Of a stretch of 63,840 nucleotides of DNA, positions 25,540-37,974 are shown piece after piece. The first letter of the stretch is position 1, and each line of letters starts with the position of its first letter. A program made the translations under genes and the position numbers. The stretch lies in assembly GCF_001194135.2 (NCBI RefSeq), contig NC_068992.1, forward strand, positions 63,556,856-63,620,695, given 5' to 3'. This DNA is from Octopus bimaculoides. Its lineage: Eukaryota. The notes beneath the pieces were generated by a model that saw only the letters and a program-made list of their open reading frames with translations, ran no database searches and was not told the DNA's origin.

Positions 25540-25791
25540 TATCTAGAAATGATAATATATTAAATCAACTTCAAATTGGAAAGAATTCAACAAAAACTAC
25601 GAAACAATTTAATATATACGAAGCAAAGAAACTGTCAAAATAAAAGATAGAAAGAAGAAAAATCAGAGCCAGTATCATAGCTGGATCTTCTGTCAGTTTA
25701 AAACATTCACCATTCTAGAGTGGAAACATGGAAACAATGGAAAAAGCTTTATTCATTTGGATAGAAGACAAAACTCAATATCATGACAATC
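25540..25791 (+). mobile_element. Tigger/pogo (CENP-B-like HTH) transposase fragment, running into a gap
   Basis: Translation KKKIRASIIAGSS...METMEKALFIWIEDKTQ resembles the Tigger N-terminal HTH linker. Confidence 0.65.
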
Positions 25792-27142
25792 NNNNNNNNN
25801 NNNNNNNNNNNNNNNNNNNNNNNNNNNNNNNNNNNNNNNNNNNNNNNNNNNNNNNNNNNNNNNNNNNNNNNNNNNNNNNNNNNNNNNNNNNNNNNNNNNN
25901 NNNNNNNNNNNNNNNNNNNNNNNNNNNNNNNNNNNNNNNNNNNNNNNNNNNNNNNNNNNNNNNNNNNNNNNNNNNNNNNNNNNNNNNNNNNNNNNNNNNN
26001 NNNNNNNNNNNNNNNNNNNNNNNNNNNNNNNNNNNNNNNNNNNNNNNNNNNNNNNNNNNNNNNNNNNNNNNNNNNNNNNNNNNNNNNNNNNNNNNNNNNN
26101 NNNNNNNNNNNNNNNNNNNNNNNNNNNNNNNNNNNNNNNNNNNNNNNNNNNNNNNNNNNNNNNNNNNNNNNNNNNNNNNNNNNNNNNNNNNNNNNNNNNN
26201 NNNNNNNNNNNNNNNNNNNNNNNNNNNNNNNNNNNNNNNNNNNNNNNNNNNNNNNNNNNNNNNNNNNNNNNNNNNNNNNNNNNNNNNNNNNNNNNNNNNN
26301 NNNNNNNNNNNNNNNNNNNNNNNNNNNNNNNNNNNNNNNNNNNNNNNNNNNNNNNNNNNNNNNNNNNNNNNNNNNNNNNNNNNNNNNNNNNNNNNNNNNN
26401 NNNNNNNNNNNNNNNNNNNNNNNNNNNNNNNNNNNNNNNNNNNNNNNNNNNNNNNNNNNNNNNNNNNNNNNNNNNNNNNNNNNNNNNNNNNNNNNNNNNN
26501 NNNNNNNNNNNNNTATATATATATATATATATAAATAACTATATATATGATATTATATTATATCATATTATATTATATCATGTCATATTATAATATTCTG
26601 CACACATATTATACACATATGACATAGAATATAGTTGATAGCGTCGGCACAGTGCGAACAAGCGGCTAAAAAGTTTGTTTCCCAACCACGATGTCTCGGG
26701 TTCGATCACGTTATATAGCATTTTAATTTAATGCCATTTTCTATAGCCTCGGACCTAACTATACCTTGTGATTGAAATTATGTATAAATTATGTAGACAG
26801 AAAGTGTATAAAAGCTTGTCAGTTGGATTGTTCCTATATTTCAAAAGCATAGCTTTGTTATATACTGCGTCATGTCGATTCTGCTTGAGAACTATAAGGG
26901 TGCATTAGCCTCTGGAATATTCAGCCATTTGCACACTAATACAAGAGGAGGTAATTCATTTGATCGAAAAACTGAATCTTCATCGTCAAACGACGGAGAT
27001 CCTGCCCCACATTTTATAATAAACAAAACACTGGGAAAAACTAACACTGCCTGAGTCCAGGGTGCATAGAGCTACGCTCATTTGTAGAGTGAAAGTAAAC
27101 TATAAACTTAACACAACTCAATGCTTCTTTTATACATTTTTC

Positions 27143-28140
27143 TATTATAAGCACAAGACTTGAAATTTGGGGGAGAGTATCTACACGTTGACATCGACTC
27201 CAGTGCCCAGCTGGTACTATTTTATCGACCCTAAATGGATGTAAGTCAAAGTCAACCTCGGTGGAATTTTTAACAATAATTCTTTCAACTATAGGTAGAA
27301 GGCCTGAAATTTGGTCGGCTGGCGCTTATTTTTTGTCAATCTCGAAAAATGAAAGACAAATTCGACCTTACTGGAAAGAGCCGGTAGAAATACCGCAAAT
27401 TATTTTATCCGGGGTGGTAATGATTCTGCCAGCTAACATTCTAAAATGCAAGGCGTTGCTGAAAAGTTCCTGGCTTTAAGGTTATCGCGAAGGGCCTGGT
27501 TGGAGGCTCATATTCCGAGTTCTTTTACCGAGCTTAGAAAACCTGAAGGACCGCTGCAATAAGTGTGTGGATCTGAGAGGGGAATGTGTCGAAGAAAATC
27601 ATAATTAACTGACCCCACCCCCGTATTTTCTTTTACCCACAGCCAGGAACTTTTTAGCAGCCCTTCGTACTGGTTTTATAATGCTTGCTAACATTTGTAC
27701 AGGGCACACCCGAAAAGTGTTGGAAAGGGGGCAAATAGATTAGATGAACTCCAGTAATTGATTGAAAATTATATTTGTCTACCCCAGAAGGATGAGTAGC
27801 AAAGCTGACTTCGGCAATATTTGATCTCAGAACGTACGGAGCAAAAACAAATGCTGCAACGCATTTTTCTCGACGCACCTATGTTTCTGCTAATCCTCCA
27901 CATTTAATATTTATGTTTTAATAATTTCTAATAGAAGTACAAGACTACGGAGTCAGTGACTTAAAGTACAATCAGTCGATTCCGTTGACACCACAAGTTT
28001 ACTTGTACTCTCTTTTGCGGACTTCCTGAAGGATGAAAGAGATGTTTGAGCCTGGCGGGATGTGAACTCAGAACGTCAAGCTTAGTAGTGCGATGCATTT
28101 CGTCCGACGCTCTACGAAACCTGTTTATCCGTTGCTCGTC
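27143..28140 (-). mobile_element. Cluster of four old SINE family A fragments, interrupted by the MITE at 27449-27667
   Basis: Repeated gcacaagacttgaaattt, tttatcgacc, gatctcagaacgta and gaactcagaacgtc modules. Confidence 0.7.
27449..27667 (+). mobile_element. Mariner-derived MITE, copy 3
   Basis: gctgaaaagttcctggctttaagg...gaccgctgcaataagtgtgtg...agccaggaactttttagcagcccttcg|ta. Confidence 0.85.
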
Positions 28141-28466
28141 TTCCCTGAGATATTCTTAGTATTTCTTTGTGGACAAATTTATCATTGCTGCTGCTGGCGT
28201 TCTTCCTGCTCCAGCTAAGTTTTTGTTGCCGCCGTTTGCATCACATCTAATTTCCAGTTTGATGTGAAGTATGAAAACACATACATACATACATACATAC
28301 ATATGTACGTACGTACGTACGTACTACAGCACATATAAATTTATCTTCAATCCCTCTCTTCACATAAATATTTATATATACAAATGTGTATGCATGTATA
28401 TATGTATGTGTGTGTGTACACATACATACATGTATATATACATACATATTCAACTATATACACACA

Positions 28467-28556
<90 letters not shown>

Positions 28557-28588
28557 GCATATATTCATTTATATATATGGTGTGTGTA

Positions 28589-28634
<46 letters not shown>

Positions 28635-28714
28635 ATTAAAATGTTGCCTTCCAAAATTGTAAACCACAGCGTAACATAGCTGTAAATTCAATTATACACG
28701 TACATATGTGTGTT

Positions 28715-28746
<32 letters not shown>

Positions 28747-29126
28747 CGTGTATGCATGTATGTATGAATGTATGTATGTACATACATTCACACACACACA
28801 CACACATATATATATAAATATATATGTATATATGTATAATTCTATTAAAATTCCACTCATTCAGGTCAAGCGGTAAGGAAGCCAAATTTATGCAGGTTTG
28901 TATTACAATACTGAAGTAATTGATATTACATCATAGAAATAAACTTCCCGCCAAAACAGTAATGTTCTAGAAAAAAATGAGGGGAAAAATGCTAAAAGAA
29001 AAATAACATCACAAGTAAACAACGAAGATATAACATCTGGTCGCTAAAATTTAGTTCATGGACGAGTATATACTTTTGTACGCTGTAGTTGTTGATTTGG
29101 GTGGATAAAAGAACACACATACACAT

Positions 29127-29520
29127 TTCTTTTTTTTTTTAACTGCTGTCTTTATTGGATGGCTAGCGGCCATGTCTAATGTGAAGTGTGTAATTTGTAA
29201 AGATAGCTTTGTATGCATAAAAAGGCTTGTTTCTGATGGCTACATCTTTCGATTCATTGAACGCCATAGTTGTCTGTTTTGTTTTTATGTTGATCAAAAA
29301 TACTGTATCGGGGATTTTCGATGTCTTCGTCAAGGGAGGATAACACATGACCTTCACAAGCCTTCAGGGAATAGCGAGATTTGATGTTCATCTTTAAGAA
29401 TTGCATATAAAGGTATTCCAGAGAAATGACGATTTGAGAGGAAGGGTTGTAGATAATGATTTTTGTGGTCCTGGCAGAGACACAGAGTGGTTGACAAAAC
29501 AAGAAAAGATCGGTGCGTCT
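29127..29520 (-). mobile_element. Probable L2/CR1-like LINE 3' end with UTR, AATAAA and A-tail
   Basis: Minus strand frameshifted NHSVSLPGP / NHYLQPF / SSFLWNT / MQFLKMNIK. It ends ccaataaagacagcagttaaaaaaaaaaaagaaa. Confidence 0.5.
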
Positions 29521-29539
29521 GATTGTCGTTGTTTTCGTT

Positions 29540-29715
29540 GTTGCTTAACCCTAGTCAGCTCTGATGGAAGATACTTATGAGTAAAGACATTCTAGACATA
29601 ACCAACTCGACTTTTTCTTACTGCAGTGAACCTGGGACCATATTGTATCCAATATATCATATTCTAAGACAGTGAGATGTGATTGAGAGAAATTTGGTGG
29701 TTATTTCTAGCAAAT
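29540..29715 (+). repeat. Dispersed repeat family E (unclassified; other copies ~48020-48150 + and ~56810-56900 -)
   Basis: Shared gtgatttgaggga..tttgg..g.tatttctagca motif across the copies. Confidence 0.6.
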
Positions 29716-30422
29716 CAAGTGACCACATTGGGACTCGCTCGTTAGTGGAACTGGGTTGTGAAGCGAATAAACAACCAGCAAATTATGAAGAGATGATGTT
29801 GGAGTAGTGGTATACAAGACAGAGCGGAAGATCAGCGCAGTTGTGAGCTAGTTGTTAACGTGTAAACGTGAATGGGCTTTATGCTTAACTGTCGCGTAAT
29901 TTATTTATTTTCAAAATTAGGATGCAGTCGACTGCTTGTATGTGTAACAGCATTACACTCCAAGATATAAGAGCAGTAATCCATTGTGGATTTCACAATG
30001 GATTACTGCTGTGAAGGCAGAACCTACTATAATTAGAAACTGGAATATGTTCTGGCCTTGAGAGACAAAGCTTATGTTTGAGATGTGAGATTTCGCCAAT
30101 TTATAAATGAAATAGTTTGATTTAAATATCGTGTAAAAGTTTTTGACTTCAATCTCTCATAGCGTAATGATGAGTCATTAACCCATTTCGGAGTCTGCTT
30201 TAAGTAAACATCCATAGACAGTTCTCTAATAGAGATAGGACAGCCGTTTCTCTTTGAACAGCACAAATACACGATTACTACACATTAAATGGCAATAACT
30301 TTATATCACGCCCTCTTAATACTTCCAAAACACTTATAACTACTAGTCCTCACATGGCTAACGGACTATCATGGTGCCCCTCTCACGCACACACACACGC
30401 AGATACCACTTACACACACACG

Positions 30423-30462
<40 letters not shown>

Positions 30463-30600
30463 AAAATGAATATGTATGTATGTATATAGGTATGTATATA
30501 TATATATATATTCGGCTATCCAGGGTTTCCTTCTCCGGCGCGTATACATACATGCATGCATACATACATACATGCATGCATACATACATACATACATACA

Positions 30601-30631
<31 letters not shown>

Positions 30632-30784
30632 GTACGTATGTATGTGTATATATGTATATATATACATATATATATATATATGCGTGTATGTATATTTATA
30701 TATATGTCTATGTATATATATGTACATATATATATACATGCATGTATATTTGTATATATGGAAAGCGAAACATTACTAGAAAGC

Positions 30785-30826
30785 TTGTTTATATAATATT
30801 TAGTTAACTAAATATTATATAAACAA
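30785..30826. repeat. Perfect 42-bp palindrome with no loop
   Basis: ttgtttatataatatttagtt|aactaaatattatataaacaa. Confidence 0.95.
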
Positions 30827-31076
30827 ACTGGTCCGTTTTGTTTATTTTCTCGGTGTACTCTCTAACCTGCACAACTGTAGATTCCCTTCAAATGAAACAG
30901 GACCTATAATGCGAATCTTTCTCACAGCTTCCTCTTTGGATGTACAGCAATATACACAGAGTTGTAAAATGCTGGTTAGGTTGCCAAATTTAGATTCAAA
31001 TCACACGATACATTCATATACACATATGTATATATGTATGTATATATATATATATATATAAATTAGTAACAAAAAT

Positions 31077-31238
31077 TGTGTAACTGTCTATTCATTACGG
31101 CCGTTTCTAGCGACTCCTTTAATTGACCAATGAAAGCATTACATCATTAAAAAAGAAAACCGTTGTAATGATGTAATGCTCTCATTGATCAATTAAAGAA
31201 GTCGCTCGAAACGGCAGTAATGAATTGGCAGTTACACA
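31077..31238. repeat. Fold-back element with 73-bp arms (7 mismatches) and a 16-nt loop
   Basis: 31077-31149 versus the reverse complement of 31166-31238, aligned by eye. Confidence 0.95.
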
Positions 31239-31436
31239 TATTACTAAGTTATGTTTTACTCATCTACCCTGGAATCTGCACTTCGGAAGTATTTAGAAAG
31301 TAGCTTTATATAAATTACATGTCTGAACAAACAAGAGCGGATTTATTCACTAAGTTGTATTGTGCCATCTGCATACACTGCATGAATATCGGATGGAAAA
31401 AATTCTATGTAGAGTTTGATACTCATCTAATACTGT

Positions 31437-31752
31437 CTGGGTTCAGGCCCACTGCATGGCACCTTGGGCAAGTGTCTTCTACTATAGCCTCGGGCCGACC
31501 AAAGCCTTGTGAGTGGATTTGGTAGACGGAAACTGTATATGTTTGTGTGTCTATATTTGTCCCCTCACCATCGTTTGACAACCGATGCTGGTGTGTTTAT
31601 GTCTCCGTAAATTAGCGGTTCGGCAAAACAGACCGATAGAATAAGTACTAAGCTTACAAAGAATAAGTCCTGGGGTCGATTTGCTCGACTAAAGGCGGTG
31701 CTCCAGCATGGCCGCAGTCATATGACTGAAACGAATAAAAGAATAAAAGAAT
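31437..31752 (+). mobile_element. SINE family B, young 5'-truncated copy
   Basis: ggcaccttgggcaagtgtcttc (CORE-like start) through aataaaagaataaaaga tail. Confidence 0.92.
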
Positions 31753-32029
31753 ATATATATATATATATATATATTATAAGGAGAAAAGAGAAAATGGATA
31801 GTTTTAACTGATAAAATTCAATTTATTTACATATTGTCAGAATTCTCTATAACCTACAGTTTGTTTCTGTACTCAACTCAATCAATCTTAAATTAATAAA
31901 TTAAAAATTAAAAATTGCATCTTGAAATAGCGAGTTAAATAATTCCTCATATATCGAAGTGTAATATATCATTAAACTCCATAATATGCTTAATTGGTGC
32001 CTATTTGAACAATAAACACTTGTTATTTG

Positions 32030-32512
32030 TTGCTTGTTCTTGTTTGGATTGCCTATATACCGCACGCTCACACGGACCCCGGCCTTATGACTGACTTCGG
32101 AGCACCTAATTCCTGGAATTCTTGTACCTCCGGATTACTGTTCCTGTTCATTCGGATTACGCCACTCTACACCTTGATTGGAAATCATTACAATTTGCCC
32201 GTGACTCTTCCTCTTTAACTCGTCTTCCCTCAACCTATTTTCTGTTCTCCTTCCACTTTCCTCCCCTTTTCACTTTCTCTTTTCCTTTTTGTCGCCACCA
32301 ATAACACCTCAATAAGTGACCGCGTGTGTATCGCTGGCGATTTTTTTTCTCCGTCTTCCCTTCTTTGGATTTTTTCTATATTTCTGATGAAGAGCTCCGC
32401 TCGAAACATGAAATCCTCTTTCTTTCCTTTCCTTTCCTGAGCGTCCAATAACACTGTACTTATACCACGTCCTCACGTTGTTGTTTTTTCTTGCTTGTTC
32501 TTGTTTGGATTG
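32030..32512 (+). mobile_element. Penelope-like terminal repeat unit (GAGC family), terminally redundant, hammerhead-like motif at 32380-32414
   Basis: 22-bp direct repeat ttgcttgttcttgtttggattg at 32030 and 32491. The motif reads CTGATGA-A-GAGC-tcc-GCTC-GAAAC-atg; its cleavage triplet is mutated. Confidence 0.7.
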
Positions 32513-32515
32513 ATA

Positions 32516-32547
<32 letters not shown>

Positions 32548-33030
32548 CGTTAAGGCAAGGCAAGCAAGAAAAGTAAATAAATAGAAAGAGAAGTAGATAG
32601 AGTGTGTGGGGGACTACTTTTCTTTCCTTTACCACTTAATAGCCACCTCCGCTACCATTTTGTTATTGAACGCTGATATGTTCACGTCTTTTCTCTCGAT
32701 CTTTACAATATCCTACATGGATCCACGCACAATTGCACCTAAGGACTTATGCACTTATTTCTACAACTTAGGAGAGTTGAACTGTGAACTTTTACGCTTC
32801 ATTTTTCTTTTCTCTCTTCATCTCCTTATTCCTTTACTCCTGTCCTTTATTTCGTCATTTCATTAATTTACACCTTTCTCATTTTCACTATTTGTCTCTG
32901 ATGACAGAATATCTTGTACTCTGGGATATTCTAAGATTGTAAGACTTTGAATTTTTCCAATAATAATGACTATGTATATGACTAAAGATCTTTGCCTTGC
33001 CTTAACGTTTGTTGTCCTCTTTAACAATTA
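32548..33030 (+). mobile_element. Second Penelope-like 3' fragment with an inverted 5' end and a decayed hammerhead at 32894-32945
   Basis: 16-bp inverted repeat at 32548-32563 / 32992-33007. A frameshifted WIH...TIAPKDL resembles the PLE endonuclease C-terminal WI..L.T..P.GLN. The motif is gtct-CTGATGA-c-agaatatc...gatattct-(GAAAC lost)-GTA-agac. Confidence 0.6.
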
Positions 33031-33191
33031 TATATTCGCTGTATCTGAAATCTGCAATGGCTCCATAACTACCGTCTCGGCTACGACCTTGGAGCTCTAG
33101 TAATCCGTTACAGCACTTACCTAGCGTACCTAATCATTTAGATCACCTGTGAATTAAACCTCCATACTTTGTGTGTAAGTATATATATATC

Positions 33192-33399
33192 CTTTTATTC
33201 TTATATTTGTTTCAGTTATTTGACTGCGGTCATGCTGGAGCACCGCCTTTCATCGAGCAAATCAACCCCAGGACTTATTCTTTGTAAACCTAGTACTTAT
33301 TCTATCGGTCTGTTTTGCCGAACCGCTAAGTTACGGGGACGTAAACACACCAGTATCGGTTGTCAAACGATGTTGGTGGAGGGGACAAGCAGAGACACA

Positions 33400-33405
<6 letters not shown>
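33192..33405 (-). mobile_element. SINE family B, young 3' half
   Basis: About 90% similar by eye to the reverse complement of 31560-31750. Confidence 0.92.
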
Positions 33406-33451
<46 letters not shown>

Positions 33452-33745
33452 ATATTAGGGAATGTAAAATTCCAAACATACAGGAATATTCAATTGAGTA
33501 ATACCAAATTGAATTTTATAATCAATAATATATGTATGTAAATATAATTTAGAGAAGAACCACCAATATACGATTCAAACAATCAAGGAGACCAATCACC
33601 ATCAAGAAAAACGTACTCTACAAAATACGAATTTAAAAATCTATAAGATCTAAAAGAAAAGTATAAAATTCATAAAAATCTATAAAATACTAGACTAAAA
33701 ATTTAATTCAACTTAGTAAATTGATAAAATAGAAGGTAAAGTGTT

Positions 33746-33850
33746 GACTACGCGTGTTTCGTGGCCACATTATAGCAGAAATAACCAGTACAATTCACCA
33801 TAAATTGATCAAGATTATATTCTACTCAAAATACAGTCACTCATCAGGTC
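33746..33850 (-). ncRNA. Type-I hammerhead-like motif with a canonical core and a 70-nt loop II
   Basis: Minus strand: gac-CTGATGA-GTGAC-(70 nt)-GCCAC-GAAAC-ACGC-GTA-gtc. Confidence 0.65.
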
Positions 33851-34142
33851 TCTGGAAAAAATAAGAATTCAAATAACGTATCTTACTAGATAGATAATAA
33901 AAATATCAGTACTTGTAGGAAAGCTCTCGTTAGTAGAATAAATGAAATGTAAACACTTAATACTAATCATTCAAGTTAAAGCTATGATTCAACTAAAATA
34001 ATTTCTGTGGACTAATGTTAAACGTCTTTGTGAACAGAAATACATATAAAAAGATAATGTTATTAAATAAATAAAATCGAACGTTAAACAATATTAGTAA
34101 AATAAACGGCATAGAGTTCGCAAGAGATCGTCGATATGATAA

Positions 34143-34184
<42 letters not shown>

Positions 34185-34663
34185 GCTGTGAAAATGCGAG
34201 TGCAAGTATCGGATAGATAGGCACATAGTAAGCTCACTTGCCATTTACCCTTCTGAAAATAGCGTTCTCTGTTTGTCCCATGAAGTTTTCTGTGTTGTTA
34301 ATATGTATGCTTATATGCTTCTAAATTATGTACGTCTATCCACATGGTATGCATAATAATATCAAACATTTCCTACTGCAAATATTTATTTACATGCAGA
34401 TGAATTCTATAATTGTTTGTCCGTTTTTCCTCTTATATATAAGTCTGTCCGATTCCAAATCAAAAGTGGGCAGGAACTAAGTAACAACAGCAACAAACGA
34501 CATCAACAACAACAACAGCAACTCAAATACGTTCTGATCAATAAGTGAGTTTCTATGTGGTCATCCCCCGCTTTGTTAAAGATTGCGAAGTCTCCTTGAA
34601 AGCATGCCTCACCGTTTGAACAAAAAAGAACACATTGGATTAGATAGCCTGGGATACACTATA

Positions 34664-34870
34664 TGGCAGTCTGTCAGTTACCAAAGGCGAGTGTTCCAGT
34701 TGATCCGATCAGCGGAAAAGCCTGCTCGCGAAATTAGCGTGCAAGAGGTTGAGCAATCCACAAGCAACGTGAAATAAAGTGTCTTGCTCAAGGACACAAT
34801 GCGCCGCTGGCAACCGAACTCACGAACTGAATACCCTAACTAGCTGAATACCCTAACCACTAATCCAAGC
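34664..34870 (-). mobile_element. SINE with a CORE-like head and the family C tail, internally deleted
   Basis: Minus strand: gtggttagggtattcag...ttgtgtccttgagcaagacactttatttcacgttgct joined to tgtggattgctc...gatcggatcaactggaacactcg...gactgcca, the same tail as 61440-61519. Confidence 0.75.
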
Positions 34871-35124
34871 ACTTCCACTCAATATAAAGGTAGGATGGTC
34901 ATAGTTGAAAATTTTGCTGGACCTGACGCCGACAACAATAAATGGATACCAATCACACACACACGCACGCAAACACACACGCACACACAGGCACGCAAAC
35001 ACACAGNNNNNNNNNNNNNNNNNNNNNNNNNNNNNNNNNNNNNNNNNNNNNNNNNNNNNNNNNNNNNNNNNNNNNNNNNNNNNNNNNNNNNNNNNNNNNN
35101 NNNNNNNNNNNNNNNNNNNNNNNN

Positions 35125-35162
<38 letters not shown>

Positions 35163-36537
35163 TGAAACGTGCTTTTTCCTTTTACATGTCAATAAAAAAG
35201 AAAACATGAATATATTATTTCAAACGGACATAAATATATTTCTGTTAACTGGCAACAGGCGGAGATAACGTTCGCGATACATGTTATTATTTTTTTTTTC
35301 TGTCTCTGCCAATTAAGTATCAGTAACTAAACGGAAATTCTTTGACTAACGAACATTTCGAGGGTTGACACATTGCTAAGTTCTTGAATTCTTTGCTATT
35401 TTTCTAGCAGGATATTTCTCGAATATTTTTATGTCTCTGAGAACTTGAAGACCTGATTGCATATTTCGTAAGAGTAAACAGTACAGAAGAGAAACGATTA
35501 AAAAAAAAAGTCTTTCACAGTTTCTAACCGCAGAATAACCGGTTATTCGTTTTAGTTTGTTTTATGGTTTCGTCATGGAAGGAAGGCTAGCATCCATGAA
35601 CTTTTGTAGAGCTTCCAAGAATAGTGGAAGGAAGCGGGGGAGAAACCTCAAAGGCGAGACGGGTCTGGATAATTTTAGTTGATTCTGCTAAATGAACCCA
35701 AGATTCAGATGGGGAAAACTAAACCAGGTGACGAAGTGATTCGAAATTTTCAGTGATAAGAAAAATTGTGAAAACGTTGTAAACTCGCGTAGTTTTGTTG
35801 TGAATTTAAGGAAGTAAACCCTTTCAATACTTTTAAAATAGGTTTTGTCTATTTTTTTGTTTGTTGTTTTTAGACTCAGGTCAGCGCTGATCCGGCAGAT
35901 TGTTACATACCAGGTAAAAATTTATTTTTGAGAGGACATTTCAAGATAAACGCCATGCTTCTATTGAAGAATGTTAATTTTATTCTTATTATACTGTACT
36001 TTGCAATGTATAGTTGTCTTGTTACATTTACGGTAACAAGACAGGGAAAACTGTGCTTGATTATTAACCCGTTGGTAGCGAAAAAGTCAGCATGTCGTTC
36101 TTTTAAGTTCCAAAGATATCTAGATAAGTTTTTACATGCTTCTTGTCGTCGTCTTTTGTGTAAACGTTAGCTCTTTGGCTCATAGGAACGTTTTGCAAAT
36201 TTTGAAGGTTCTAGATATTTCAGCCATTTGTAGCTTATGAATTAAGGAGCTTCGTTATTCCTTCACAAATCTGAATTCAGTTATACTGTGGTCCAGGTGG
36301 GTTAGTATATAACCTATGGTCCCAATATCAATAAGTATGAAGCTGAATGTAGATACTAGATCTAGAACAAATAGTCAGTTGGGTACAGAGCAATAATAAG
36401 AAATTAAAATGACAAGATGATGAATTATGTCATGAACTTCATTGGCTTTCAGCTGTTTCTGCTATATGATGTAATTCATTCATACACGAGTGCTTGTGTA
36501 TTACTTTATAGCATCATCAGAGCTTCAGCAGATGCAT

Positions 36538-36596
<59 letters not shown>

Positions 36597-37502
36597 TGCG
36601 TGTGTGTGTGTGCATTCGTGTTTGTATGTGTGTGTGCGTATGTGTGTGTAAATCATATAAATGTATGGTAATTGACCATACATCTAGTCTTTCGAAAATA
36701 TGAGTAATTACATTACAGAAACATCATTAGATGAGAGCAACGAATGGGTCAACGACCTGTGTTTCATATATTCCAATATACACCACGGTTGCTCATTTCA
36801 TCCTCAGCTACTGAACATATAAACGACACAAACAAAAGTGTTGCTGTCATAAAGTCGTTCACATGGTACAACTATGAGGGGAATTNNNNNNNNNNNNNNN
36901 NNNNNNNNNNNNNNNNNNNNNNNNNNNNNNNNNNNNNNNNNNNNNNNNNNNNNNNNNNNNNNNNNNNNNNNNNNNNNNNNNNNNNNNNNNNNNNNNNNNN
37001 NNNNNNNNNNNNNNNNNNNNNNNNNNNNNNNNNNNNNNNNNNNNNNNNNNNNNNNNNNNNNNNNNNNNNNNNNNNNNNNNNNNNNNNNNNNNNNNNNNNN
37101 NNNNNNNNNNNNNNNNNNNNNNNNNNNNNNNNNNNNNNNNNNNNNNNNNNNNNNNNNNNNNNNNNNNNNNNNNNNNNNNNNNNNNNNNNNNNNNNNNNNN
37201 NNNNNNNNNNNNNNNNNNNNNNNNNNNNNNNNNNNNNNNNNNNNNNNNNNNNNNNNNNNNNNNNNNNNNNNNNNNNNNNNNNNNNNNNNNNNNNNNNNNN
37301 NNNNNNNNNNNNNNNNNNNNNNNNNNNNNNNNNNNNNNNNNNNNNNNNNNNNNNNNNNNNNNNNNNNNNNNNNNNNNNNNNNNNNNNNNNNNNNNNNNNN
37401 NNNNNNNNNNNNNNNNNNNNNNNNNNNNNNNNNNNNNNNNNNNNNNNNNNNNNNNNNNNNNNNNNNNNNNNNNNNNNNNNNNNNNNNNNNNNNNNNNNNN
37501 NN

Positions 37503-37536
<34 letters not shown>

Positions 37537-37679
37537 GCATATATATATATGCATATACATACATATATACATGCAAATATATACATACCTAGACATGCAT
37601 ATATATACATATATACATATATACATGCATACATATATTCATAGAAATACACACACACATAATATATACATGATATACA

Positions 37680-37906
37680 CAGTAATCTCTCGACTATCGC
37701 GGGTGTTATTTTCCAACCCCACCCCTACCCGCGATACGTGAAAATTCGCGAAGTAGAAACAGTACTGTACTGAATATAATTTTCATCATTTTTTATAATT
37801 TGTATATCTTTATTTTATTATAAATGCAAAACAACACCACAGAGGAATAATAGATTGCAATAGGTGAACCACGATAGGCAAACCGCGATATGGTGAGGGA
37901 TAACTG
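37680..37906. mobile_element. Tigger/pogo-type MITE
   Basis: TIRs cagtaatctctcgactatcgcgg and ccgcgatatggtgagggataactg|ta. A related fragment lies at ~52172-52220. Confidence 0.85.
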
Positions 37907-37974
37907 TAAATATATATATATATATATATATACATATCGCGAGAATTCACAAAAAAGCAAAAGACGAAGAAAAC

